A stretch of DNA of 64,000 nucleotides from Alphaproteobacteria bacterium (lineage in GTDB: Bacteria; Pseudomonadota; Alphaproteobacteria; UBA7887). The notes below the pieces were generated by a model. The model was not told where the DNA came from and did no database searches. It saw only the letters and a program-made list of their open reading frames with translations. Positions 1 through 9,111 of this stretch are shown one piece after another (positions within the stretch are counted from its first letter, which is position 1; each line of letters opens with the position of its first letter). The stretch is taken from NCBI GenBank assembly GCA_965216755.1, contig CBDCGL010000011.1, positions 1,280,001-1,344,000 of the forward strand, given 5' to 3'. Made by a program: the position numbers and the translations under genes.

Positions 1-330
1 AGGCGACGCCTGAAAGTACCGGAGCAAGCACGACGCGGCGAGCTTTTTACAGTCAAGTGTTTGGCTGAACATGATATGGAGACCGGCATACGCGTCGATC
101 AAAGCACCGGTGCCATCGTGCCTCGTATGATCATCCGTCGCGTGGAATGTCGATACAATGATGAGCTTGTTTTCTTTGCGGACTGGTTCCAAGGCGTGTC
201 GGCCAATCCATATTTGACGTTCAAATTGCGGGCTACCGATTCGGGGCCGATCGAAGTGCGATGGATCGACGACGCAGATCACACGACGACCGCGATCGCA
301 ACGATCGAAGTCGTTGACGACACAGGATAA
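1..330 (+). CDS. soxZ: SoxZ-like sulfur carrier protein (5' partial)
   Basis: Frame is open from base 1 (RRRLKVPEQARRGELFTVKCLAEHDMETG...); HxMETG and GVSANPYLTFKLRA motifs are typical of SoxZ. Confidence 0.75.
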   Translation, partial: RRRLKVPEQARRGELFTVKCLAEHDMETGIRVDQSTGAIVPRMIIRRVECRYNDELVFFADWFQGVSANPYLTFKLRATDSGPIEVRWIDDADHTTTAIATIEVVDDTG

Positions 331-399
331 ATCGCCAGTTGGCCTGTGCTTGTGAGATGTGCACACGGTGAATTGATCGCGCACTCTTGGACCGACTTG

Positions 400-414
400 T
401 GGCACAATGCATGC
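400..414 (+). promoter_or_regulatory. Putative sigma-54 (-24/-12) promoter
   Basis: TGGCACAATGCATGC, GG-N10-GC spacing, upstream of ORF 458..943. Confidence 0.4.
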
Positions 415-457
415 GTATTGCGCATCGTATCGGGCGACATAGCGTTGGGGCGATGAC

Positions 458-943
458 TTGGTTTCGGCCGGCCTGTCGCGACTCCCGCCCGAGATCGTTG
501 GAGGTTTGGACTTGCTTTGCGGCAAGAGTGTAGTGGCATTCTTCGCTTTGTTGGGCGCCAGTGTATCCGCGGCGCCGACAATAGCTGACACGATTGACAC
601 GTTCACGGTTTCGGGCCGTGGCTTCACCAGGCCGATCGCCATTCAAGACGCAGCTGAGGCGGCAATAGAGAAAGTGCTCCGCCGTTACGTGCCACCGGCG
701 GAGTTCGACGCAAATCTTGATGTCATCGAAGATCAAATCTTGGTGAAGCACGACAGGTACCTGACGTCTTTTCGCATCCTTGACGAAGCAAAAGCAGACG
801 ATGGCGCTACCGAAATCACGGCTGAAGCTTCTGTGAATATTGGAAAATTCGTGACGTCATTGCGAAATCTCAACATCGCTACCCGTTTAATTAGTCCCGG
901 CCCGAACCAAGCGGTCGAGGGTCGTCGCCGCGTCGATCGGTAG
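458..943 (+). CDS. Exported hypothetical protein, LPP20/FlgT N-terminal-like domain (start uncertain, possibly GTG 533)
   Basis: Signal-peptide-like VVAFFALLGASVSAA; VSGRG...AIQDAAEAAIEKV pattern. Confidence 0.5.
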   Translation: MVSAGLSRLPPEIVGGLDLLCGKSVVAFFALLGASVSAAPTIADTIDTFTVSGRGFTRPIAIQDAAEAAIEKVLRRYVPPAEFDANLDVIEDQILVKHDRYLTSFRILDEAKADDGATEITAEASVNIGKFVTSLRNLNIATRLISPGPNQAVEGRRRVDR

Positions 944-1133
944 GGACGAAACGGCCCGCGGCCAAAGCTATGCCAGGGACGCGCGAGACCGCCGAAAAAC
1001 GTTCATCTTCGAGGTTGTCGCCAGTATTGCGGGTCGTGTGCCGCATTCAGGGGCCATGGCCAATCAATTGCGCACCACCTGGCCCGCCCGATCTTTGCCT
1101 CGGTTAGATCGGTGATCAAACCGTGCATAAAGT

Positions 1134-1152
1134 GCAAATGAGAAACATTATC
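1134..1152. promoter_or_regulatory. Fur-box-like site
   Basis: GCAAATGAGAAACATTATC matches 15 of 19 positions of GATAATGATAATCATTATC. Confidence 0.45.
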
Positions 1153-1535
1153 AACTCATCGGATTTGGTGCGTACTGCAAATTGCTTTGCCGTCCACAGT
1201 TAGTGTATGGTTTTGACTGGATTGGAGTTCGACATTGTGGGTCGTTCGCATCGAGCGGCAGCATAGAGCGTCCTTAGAAGGCGTGCTGACCAAACGTTGC
1301 GAGTAATGGCGCGCTGATATCAGTGGCGACAAAGGGGTAAATGTGGGCCGAGTGCCTCGAAGCGAAGAAGATTGTTTCAGCAAAATGCTTGGAGACGGCA
1401 GTGGCATCCATATGTCTGTGGATCGGCTCTACTTTGCGTTGACGGTTAAGACTTCCAGGGCTACTCCCCGCGGCCACGACATATGCAGCGAGTGACGTGT
1501 GATAGCATTTTTGAATAACCTGGGAGGTTAACGTC

Positions 1536-1988
1536 ATGACAACACTAACCGTAAACGGCCAAAGCCATACGGTGGAGGTCGCTCCCGATACCCCACTCTT
1601 GTGGGTGCTCAGGGAGCAGATGGGCCTAACCGGCACCAAGTATGGCTGCGGCATCGGCGAATGCGGAGCCTGCAACGTTCACATGAACGGTGAATTGATC
1701 AAGTCTTGCCAAACGTCGATCGGCAAGGCATCGGGCGCCGACATTACGACCATCGAAGGCTTGGGAGCGGACGGACTTCACCCGGTCCAACAAGCATTCA
1801 TCGATGAAAATGTCACCCAGTGCGGCTATTGCATTCCTGGGCAAATCATGACCATCGCGATGATGCTGGATAGCAATCCGGAGCCGACCGATCACGAAAT
1901 CGATGTCGCACTAAAAGAAAACTATTGCCGGTGCGGGGCATACACACGCATCCGGAAAGCGGTTCACCGAGCCGCATCCTCCGCTTGA
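1536..1988 (+). CDS. iorA: 2x[2Fe-2S] subunit of isoquinoline/aldehyde oxidoreductase (IorA-like)
   Basis: GTKYGCGIGECGAC...C and QCGYC...CRC motifs; RBS GGAGG. Confidence 0.9.
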   Translation: MTTLTVNGQSHTVEVAPDTPLLWVLREQMGLTGTKYGCGIGECGACNVHMNGELIKSCQTSIGKASGADITTIEGLGADGLHPVQQAFIDENVTQCGYCIPGQIMTIAMMLDSNPEPTDHEIDVALKENYCRCGAYTRIRKAVHRAASSA

Positions 1989-2004
1989 CCGATAGGAGGC
2001 AGAG

Positions 2005-4254
2005 ATGAGTGAAAAAATGGAAGTTACACGCAGAGATTTTATTGCAACAAGCGTCGCCGCGACTGGCGGCTTGATGATCGGCCTGCACCTGCCTTCGCTT
2101 GGCGGCCGATTAGCCAGGGCCGCGACCAACGGCAATGAGCTGAATGCATGGGTCCATATCGGGACCGACAATACGATCACCATCCGTGCCAGCCAAACTG
2201 AGCTGGGACAGGGCCCGACCATGGGCAACCTGATGATGCTCGCCGAAGAAATGGAGTGTAACTGGGACGACGTCACGTACGAGTTCGCGACCGGTCGTGA
2301 GGAGTACGTGAATCCGTTGGTCGGTCTTCAGTTGACCGGCGGCAGCACCGCGACTCCAGGCTTCTGGGATGTCATGCGCAAGGCGGGCGCCCAAACGCGT
2401 CACATGCTGGTCCAAGCGGCGGCAAAAATGTGGGATGTCGACCCCGCAGATTGCACGGCGAAAAACAGCAAGGTGACCTATAAGGGTCCCGGACCCGAGG
2501 GTAGTGGTATCGAAAAAGAGGCCACATTCGGCGAACTGGCCGAACTGGCTGCCCAAGAAACGCCACCGGAGGATCCGGCCCTCAAGTCCCCCGACGAGTT
2601 CCACTTGATCGGTACCGCCGTGAATCGACTGGACAACAAGGTCAAGGTCACCGGCGAGGCCATGTTCGGTATCGACCACGAAGTCGAAGGGATGGTCATC
2701 GGGGCAATTCGACATGCGCCGCTTGGCGGCAAGATTGCGAGCTACGACGAAGCCGCGGCCAAAGCGATGCCGGGTGTTCACGATGTTGTCGTGGTCGGCG
2801 CGGAAGAGCCCGCGATCTTCCTCGAAAACAATGTGCCAGCCTTGATCGTGACGGCCGATACCTACTGGCAAGCCGAGCAAGGCATGAAAGCCGCAAACCC
2901 GCAATGGGATTATGGTGAGTTTGCCGACCTCGACAGCGAACAGATGTCCAAAGCGTTCCATGACGGCTTGGAAGAAGAGGGCAAGCTGGGGCGTGCGGAT
3001 GGTGACGTCGACGCCGCGCTGGCATCGGCTGACACTGTCATAGAGGAAGTCTACGAAGTACCGTATATCAGCCATTCACCGCTGGAACCGCAAAACTGTT
3101 TGGCGGATTTCCGGGGTGATTCCTTGGAGATCTGGGCCTCGACCCAGGATCCGGGGGCTGGTTATGCGGTTGCCGAGATGATCACCGGACTGCCGCAAGA
3201 CAAGATCAAGATCCACATGACCTTTACCGGCGGTGGATTCGGACGTCGTGTCGAAGTCGATGCCTTAGAGCAGGCCGTCGAAGCGTCATTCCGCTTGAAG
3301 AAACCGGTCAAGTTGATCTGGTCTCGCGAAGAAGACATGCAGAACAATTTGAACCGACCGGGTTACGCCGCCAAGATGACGGCGGGCCTGGACGCGGACG
3401 GCAACCCAGTCGCATGGCGGCACAAGATTTCCGGTCCGGGAATCTGGTTGTCGCCGTACCGCTCATCGCGGTTGAAGAATCTGTTCGCCGGTTCCGACTT
3501 CATGAACGGCATGCAGGAAAGCGGAGTCGATTTCCATACGGCGCAAGGTGCGAAAGACATCGGCTACGACTTCGCCAACCTCGAAGTCGAGGTCGTGGAG
3601 AAGGACTTCCCGGTTCCGATCGTCTTCTTCCGCGCCGTCGGCAATACCCAAAACGCGTTCTTTATCGAGAGCTTTATTGACGAGATCGCGCATGCAGCGG
3701 GGCAAGATCCGTTCGAGCTTCGTCGCAAGCTGCTCGCCAAGGAACCGCGCATGCTTGCTGTGCTTGAGCTGGTCGCTGAGAAGGCCGGCTGGGGTGAGCC
3801 ACTTGAGAAAGGGCGTTTCCGCGGCATCGCCTTCCACAACAGCTTCGATTCACCATTTGCTGACGTCGTCGAGATTTCAGTCAGAGGTGGGCGGCGTGTT
3901 ACGATCCATCGTGTCGTCCGGGCAATCGACAACGGTCTTATCGTGAACCCGGATCAATGGGACGCTCAAATGCAGGCCGGTGTCGTTTGGGGCATTGGGC
4001 ATGCTGCGTTGAGCGAGCACACCTTCAAGGGCGCGAAGATGGTGCAAAGCAACTTCAACACGTACAAGTTGCCGCGCATTTCGCAGATGCCGGAATACGA
4101 AGCTCATGCGGTTCAGAATCAGAACGATCCGACAGGTATCGGCGAACCGGTGTTCATCAGCTTCACGCCGGCGCTGTGCAATGCGATCTTCGCCGCGACA
4201 GGCAAGCGGATTCGTTCACTGCCGCTGAAGAATCATGGCATTAGCCTGACGTAA
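2005..4254 (+). CDS. iorB: Xanthine-dehydrogenase-family molybdopterin subunit (IorB-like), Tat-exported
   Basis: TRRDFI Tat motif; ELGQG, TGGS, GGGFGRR, FRAVG and GIGEP motifs. Confidence 0.9.
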   Translation: MSEKMEVTRRDFIATSVAATGGLMIGLHLPSLGGRLARAATNGNELNAWVHIGTDNTITIRASQTELGQGPTMGNLMMLAEEMECNWDDVTYEFATGREEYVNPLVGLQLTGGSTATPGFWDVMRKAGAQTRHMLVQAAAKMWDVDPADCTAKNSKVTYKGPGPEGSGIEKEATFGELAELAAQETPPEDPALKSPDEFHLIGTAVNRLDNKVKVTGEAMFGIDHEVEGMVIGAIRHAPLGGKIASYDEAAAKAMPGVHDVVVVGAEEPAIFLENNVPALIVTADTYWQAEQGMKAANPQWDYGEFADLDSEQMSKAFHDGLEEEGKLGRADGDVDAALASADTVIEEVYEVPYISHSPLEPQNCLADFRGDSLEIWASTQDPGAGYAVAEMITGLPQDKIKIHMTFTGGGFGRRVEVDALEQAVEASFRLKKPVKLIWSREEDMQNNLNRPGYAAKMTAGLDADGNPVAWRHKISGPGIWLSPYRSSRLKNLFAGSDFMNGMQESGVDFHTAQGAKDIGYDFANLEVEVVEKDFPVPIVFFRAVGNTQNAFFIESFIDEIAHAAGQDPFELRRKLLAKEPRMLAVLELVAEKAGWGEPLEKGRFRGIAFHNSFDSPFADVVEISVRGGRRVTIHRVVRAIDNGLIVNPDQWDAQMQAGVVWGIGHAALSEHTFKGAKMVQSNFNTYKLPRISQMPEYEAHAVQNQNDPTGIGEPVFISFTPALCNAIFAATGKRIRSLPLKNHGISLT

Positions 4255-4400
4255 AAGAATGAGGCACCGGGTTGGGACATTTTCCCGGCCCGGTGACCTT
4301 CGCGTTTGAAGAGCGCTCCGGCGGTCTAATGGGCCGCCGGATTTTTTCGGCCTTCGGCCAGCTCATATTGATCGACGTGGCAAGAGGAACCATAAGAACG

Positions 4401-4856
4401 ATGACGTTGAATTCCGGCTTTCGCACCCGACCAAAATGCCGCTCGGCGTCGGCCTATTCGCGGCCTGAAAAGTCTGGCGTCATTGTTGCTCTCATCGGAT
4501 GTGGTGTGGTCTTCGCGGTCATGGCGCAGACAGTTGTCAAAGCTGAATCGCCCAACATATTGGCCGGACAGCGGACATTCATGATTCATTGCGAAGCGTG
4601 CCACGGCCCCGGCGGCGTTGGTGGCGCCGGCCCCAACCTGACCGACAACGACACGCTTCACGGTGGCACATACGAAGACATATTGGAAGTTGTCACGAAC
4701 GGCGTTCGTGGAAAACCGATGAATGCTTGGGAAAACAAGCTTGGCTTGGACCGAGTCAAGAATGTGGCCGCCTACGTGTTCAGCCTCAAAGGGACGCGCC
4801 CGAAGAGCGAGAAGACCTATGACGGCACGGCCGGCACAAATTTGAACCTGATGTAG
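4401..4856 (+). CDS. Monoheme cytochrome c (CcoP/c6-like); start uncertain
   Basis: CEACH, GPNLTD, distal Met in KPMNAW; N-terminal hydrophobic segment. Confidence 0.8.
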   Translation: MTLNSGFRTRPKCRSASAYSRPEKSGVIVALIGCGVVFAVMAQTVVKAESPNILAGQRTFMIHCEACHGPGGVGGAGPNLTDNDTLHGGTYEDILEVVTNGVRGKPMNAWENKLGLDRVKNVAAYVFSLKGTRPKSEKTYDGTAGTNLNLM

Positions 4857-4931
4857 CCAACCGCAAGTTATATTTGTTATCTCACTGTTCTTTAGTGTTC
4901 GACAAAATTATGAAAGACCACGTTGTATGCG

Positions 4932-5984
4932 TTAGTCATCAGGCGGCGACTGGTCAGCGTGCGGAATCTCGTAGACCCAGTAGCCGCCATAGTTGGCGAC
5001 CAATCGTAAAAAACTGAGGTCCTTTGGATTTGAGCTGCTGAACGGCAACATTTGGGCCAAGAGAGTTTCTTCGGTCATGCCATCTGTCAAAAAGTAGATT
5101 CGATTGGAGCGTCCACTCCGCCTGTCGATCGCATAGCTCTGATAGCCTTGTTCGCCAAGCCATGCATTTACTTGGCTGATCTCTGCATGCACATCGCCAC
5201 TGCGGACGAAATCGCGGTAGCCAATGCCGAACTTATCGGCCCGCAAAGCACCCAATTTGTATGCGTCGGCCAGACCAACAACGATATATGCGGGACGATT
5301 ACCGGCAAGCGCGCGCAGTGCCAGGGCACCCGTTTGCGGCGTTGCAAGCAGCGCATCGACGTAACTCGAAAACACCGGGTCAGCTTGCGACGGCACTTGC
5401 CAAAATTCTCTTTCCAAAGCCATGATCGCGTCGCTTTGGTCGCGCCATATCGGTGGCACGAGCACCGGCTGTGCCAGATTTCGATCGATGAGAACTTCGC
5501 TCTTCGTCAGAAATCTAAGCTGGCGCATCGTATCCCACCAGCCCAGAACAACCGCGGGGCTCGGAACATGTTCCCGAACGGCTTGGGCCAAGCGGCTGAG
5601 GTCGGACAGTGACTGAATCTCTGTCAGCAACGGCCGACCGGTAAGATTTTCCCAATTCAGCAGGATCGGTGGGCTATCGGGATCCGGTATTGCCGCGTGC
5701 GCGACGCCGATAATTGTGGCGTCTGCCTCAGCACGCACTTCGTACTTGCGGATCGACACCGCGTCGGGCACTGCCACGTCCAAGTCAAGGTGCGCAAATT
5801 CGGTGAGTGGCCCCTCGGCGACGAGTTCGTACCGGTATGGCGCATGGGCGGGTAAAAGTAAGGCGCACCCCGCCCAGTCGAACAACAGAAACCCGACCGC
5901 GATCAAACCGCCATAGACAAACGGAACAATCCGACTTTTGCCAACGCGTCGACGCCAAAGACTATGACGCCAAACGATCGCCAC
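4932..5984 (-). CDS. haoB: Hydroxylamine oxidation protein HaoB; start uncertain
   Basis: Overlaps the 3' end of haoA; N-terminal TM helix; VVLGWWD, LLAQMLPFSSSNP and GGYWVY motifs as recalled for HaoB. Confidence 0.8.
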   Translation of the reverse strand: MAIVWRHSLWRRRVGKSRIVPFVYGGLIAVGFLLFDWAGCALLLPAHAPYRYELVAEGPLTEFAHLDLDVAVPDAVSIRKYEVRAEADATIIGVAHAAIPDPDSPPILLNWENLTGRPLLTEIQSLSDLSRLAQAVREHVPSPAVVLGWWDTMRQLRFLTKSEVLIDRNLAQPVLVPPIWRDQSDAIMALEREFWQVPSQADPVFSSYVDALLATPQTGALALRALAGNRPAYIVVGLADAYKLGALRADKFGIGYRDFVRSGDVHAEISQVNAWLGEQGYQSYAIDRRSGRSNRIYFLTDGMTEETLLAQMLPFSSSNPKDLSFLRLVANYGGYWVYEIPHADQSPPDD

Positions 5985-7776
5985 CTCCAGGTTCAGTTGG
6001 CGAGCGGCGGCGACGGACCAAGCCAATGCCACCAATCACCATCATCGCGCCGCCGAGGCCAGCGATCGAAATTTTCTCAACATCACTCTCAAGCTCAAGA
6101 AATCCAAAACGCGTACGGCCTTCGATACTGGCAAGTTTCACACGCAAGCTCTCCATCTCACGCAATCGCGTGTCGGCATCGGCAATTCGCGCGTAGCATT
6201 CGACAAGCGGGCTCCACCCTTCGCTATACGCCCAACCACCGGGATTGGCGTGCGACAGCCCCTTGTACAATTTGTTGAGTTGATTCCCGCAGTTCCGAGC
6301 ATACTCGATCTCCGCGGCCGATGGGTTGTTACCGCTTGCGATAAATCCCTGAAAGAACTTGCCGGCGCCATCCTGTTCCGGGTCTGGCGGCGGCGGTCGA
6401 TTCGTTTGTTGCCCAACAAGCAGATTGTCCTCATATAATGCGTCAAGCACATGTTTGGCGTTCTGCTGCACTTTGAGACCGGAAATCGTTCCTTTATCGA
6501 CCATGTCCTGGTAGGCGCGGGCAAATGTTTCGGAGTGGCATTTGGTGCAGGTGGCAATCCATGCCTCCTTGCGAGTCTCGAACCAACTATCCCCTAGGTT
6601 ATCAGCGATCTCAGCGGTGGGACTAAAGGCCCAGCGCACCTTCCGCACGACATTATGGCCAAACTGACCCTTGAATTCGAAATGGCAACTGGCGCAGGTT
6701 GGCGCGGTCTGGCCACTCTTGGCAAACGCCTCATTCAGCGGCACTTCCCAATTCCATGAATCGCCAGATGTCTGGTAGATGATGCCGTGTTTCGACATCA
6801 TGTAGTTCTCAAACTCATTGTGCGCCGCGCCATTGTGACATGTCGCACACGCCTCAGGTTTGCGCGCTTCCGCCGCAGAGAAAAGATGGCGGGTATGGCA
6901 CGAATCGCATTTGTTCTGATTTGAGTGACAAGTCAAGCAACCTTCCGCGATCTCCCGCTCTGACATGGCGGCCCACATCGCCATTTCAACAATGGCATGA
7001 TAGTCAAGTGCGTGCGATGGTCGCCCGTTTGGCCACTGCCCCTGCGGCCAATTAAGAGTGTCACGTTCGGACTCACGCTCGGCGAACTCCTGCAAATGGC
7101 AGGTTCCACACACGGCGGCGTCGGGCAAACGCAAGTCTCGTTTATGATCGGCCTGTCCAAAACGCATGATTTCGACGTGGCAGTCCATGCAGGTGACGTC
7201 TGGAAGCCGTTGCTCTTCCTCCAGGTACCCCAGCATCACCAAGTTATTCTCGATTCGTTTGAGTTTCTCCTTCTTGTAATAGCGAGCGTCACTGGGCGGC
7301 AGATTCCGGATCTCGTTTAAATTGGCATGCGCGCTTTGCTTCCAGGCGATCACGTGTCCCGCCGTATCTTTTTCGTGGCATTCCACGCAGCCGGCGCGGT
7401 CGGACCCCTTCCCTTTTACGGGCGGTTCGTAAAACGAGTTGGGATTCAGATATCTGCTAAAAGGAATGGGATCCCAATAGTCGGCCTGGCTGCCCTCGCC
7501 GGCACCTTCCTCTTCATCGTGATAGCGCCATTCAAGAGCATCGAAGAGTTCTGCGGGGTCGCCCCCTTCTTCCAGCCCCAACGCGTCATACGTCTCGATC
7601 GGTATGTCCGCCCAAGTGCGCGACGCGATCGTCAGCGCCATGGCGATGCCGACGACATACGCGAACCAAAAGCGCTTTGGCCCCGTGTCAATCGTCAACA
7701 AGGGCGACGCTCGGTCGCACCACAGCGCGCGAAAACCTCTGGCAATCTCTTGCGACATCATGGGACGACTCCGCAC
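5962..7776 (-). CDS. haoA: Octaheme hydroxylamine oxidoreductase (HAO) family protein
   Basis: Eight CxxCH motifs (CVECH, CMDCH, CGTCH, CLTCH, CDSCH, CATCH, CASCH, CTKCH); GRPSHALDY; HANPGGWAYSEGW; signal peptide and C-terminal TM anchor. Confidence 0.95.
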   Translation of the reverse strand: MRSRPMMSQEIARGFRALWCDRASPLLTIDTGPKRFWFAYVVGIAMALTIASRTWADIPIETYDALGLEEGGDPAELFDALEWRYHDEEEGAGEGSQADYWDPIPFSRYLNPNSFYEPPVKGKGSDRAGCVECHEKDTAGHVIAWKQSAHANLNEIRNLPPSDARYYKKEKLKRIENNLVMLGYLEEEQRLPDVTCMDCHVEIMRFGQADHKRDLRLPDAAVCGTCHLQEFAERESERDTLNWPQGQWPNGRPSHALDYHAIVEMAMWAAMSEREIAEGCLTCHSNQNKCDSCHTRHLFSAAEARKPEACATCHNGAAHNEFENYMMSKHGIIYQTSGDSWNWEVPLNEAFAKSGQTAPTCASCHFEFKGQFGHNVVRKVRWAFSPTAEIADNLGDSWFETRKEAWIATCTKCHSETFARAYQDMVDKGTISGLKVQQNAKHVLDALYEDNLLVGQQTNRPPPPDPEQDGAGKFFQGFIASGNNPSAAEIEYARNCGNQLNKLYKGLSHANPGGWAYSEGWSPLVECYARIADADTRLREMESLRVKLASIEGRTRFGFLELESDVEKISIAGLGGAMMVIGGIGLVRRRRSPTEPGGGDRLAS

Positions 7777-8457
7777 TTACCAATATTCGGTTGGTTCGTA
7801 AAAATGCCTGAGCTGCCAGTTCGCATCCTTGTAGGATTCGCTCGGCTTGCCGGTCTCGCCGGGACGGTGGCGGCCCATCTCAATATCAATTTGTCGCGTT
7901 TCGCGGAAGTACTTCGCCATATCCAAAGGCGGCAGCGCCTGAGTCTGGTCGACCATTGGCGTATGGCACGAAATGCAACTTGTCGTCTTGTTTTGATAGC
8001 CGCTCCCGACCACTCCGGCGGTAAACCCTATCCAAACCAGGGATACACCCGACGCCAAAGCCAACCTTGGCCCCATCGCCAGTTTGTGGCCGGACGCCCT
8101 TTTGCGGCCGAAGAAAAACGGGATCACAACGAGGAACAGCAGGATCGCCAACGGAACCCAGAAGGTTCCAATCTGCAACCAAACCGCGTTGTCACCAACC
8201 AAATACCAAAACGGTTCGAACAAAAAAAGCAGGTACCACTCGGGCGCCGGCACATACGCGCCGTGATCGGGAAGCGGCGGTTGCATGTGATCGGTGGGAA
8301 CCCGGAAAAAGTAGGACAACAAGACAATGATCACGAACGTTATGAGAACCGCGATCCCCGCCTTAAGCGCATGTTTCGGCCAAAACCTGTGAAACCCCTG
8401 CGGATAAGGGGGCGCGTATTTTGCGTCGATGATGATGTCTTTGTCGGAACCCGTCAT
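7777..8457 (-). CDS. Cytochrome b C-terminal/subunit-IV-like protein fused to a c-type heme
   Basis: FWP and PEWY motifs, three TM helices, C-terminal CISCH. Confidence 0.85.
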   Translation of the reverse strand: MTGSDKDIIIDAKYAPPYPQGFHRFWPKHALKAGIAVLITFVIIVLLSYFFRVPTDHMQPPLPDHGAYVPAPEWYLLFLFEPFWYLVGDNAVWLQIGTFWVPLAILLFLVVIPFFFGRKRASGHKLAMGPRLALASGVSLVWIGFTAGVVGSGYQNKTTSCISCHTPMVDQTQALPPLDMAKYFRETRQIDIEMGRHRPGETGKPSESYKDANWQLRHFYEPTEYW

Positions 8458-8478
8458 CAGTCGTTCTCCGTCGGCGCC

Positions 8479-9111
8479 CTACAAGGGTTCGGAAATGCCG
8501 TGCTTCTTCACCATGGCGAAGTGAAAAAACAGCGACACGAACAAGATGATCGGCAGGATCAGCACGTGAATGATGAACGTGCGATAGATGGTGAACGCAT
8601 CCAACAGGAATGCTCTCACTGCTCCCCCGAAAAATGGCCACGTATCGACATAGTCTACCCAAATCGCGTAAGACCAATACGCGCGCCAGTCCCACGGCAG
8701 AATAATACCTGTAATAACGAACAAAAACACGATCACGAACTGGAAAACACCCGATACCCAATTGAGTTCGCGCGGGTTGCGGTACGCCTTTCGGTAGAAC
8801 ACAGTCAGCATATGGGTAAAGACCGTTGCCAATAGCAGCGTCGAACCCCAACGGTGGCCATTCCGAAACAACCAGCCAAACCTGACTTCGTTGCTCATAT
8901 ATTCGATGCTCTGCAAAGCCTCTTGCGGCGTGGCCGTGTAAAAGAAGACCATAAAAATGCCGGTCAGAACCTGTAGAATAATGATGAAAAAAGAAATTCC
9001 ACCAAAACAGTAATAATACGCGCCATTCGGAACGGCCTGGGCCCGTTTCTTACGTATGGCCTCACCGAAGCCGGTCCGGGACTCAATCCACCCTGAAATC
9101 TGAGAGATCAT
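8479..9111 (-). CDS. Cytochrome b6-like N-terminal cytochrome b
   Basis: YCFGG; His pair in HRWGSTLLLATVFTH; PRELNW; H-x14-H in helix D; ends GISEPL; RBS GGGGAG before ATG 9111. Confidence 0.9.
   Translation of the reverse strand: MISQISGWIESRTGFGEAIRKKRAQAVPNGAYYYCFGGISFFIIILQVLTGIFMVFFYTATPQEALQSIEYMSNEVRFGWLFRNGHRWGSTLLLATVFTHMLTVFYRKAYRNPRELNWVSGVFQFVIVFLFVITGIILPWDWRAYWSYAIWVDYVDTWPFFGGAVRAFLLDAFTIYRTFIIHVLILPIILFVSLFFHFAMVKKHGISEPL

Noticed and set aside
7327-8835. 502-aa plus-strand ORF and other long antisense ORFs (e.g. 2110..3075, 37932..38843, 44935..45990)
   Set aside because: These are shadow ORFs opposite well-supported genes in GC-rich DNA, with no motifs.
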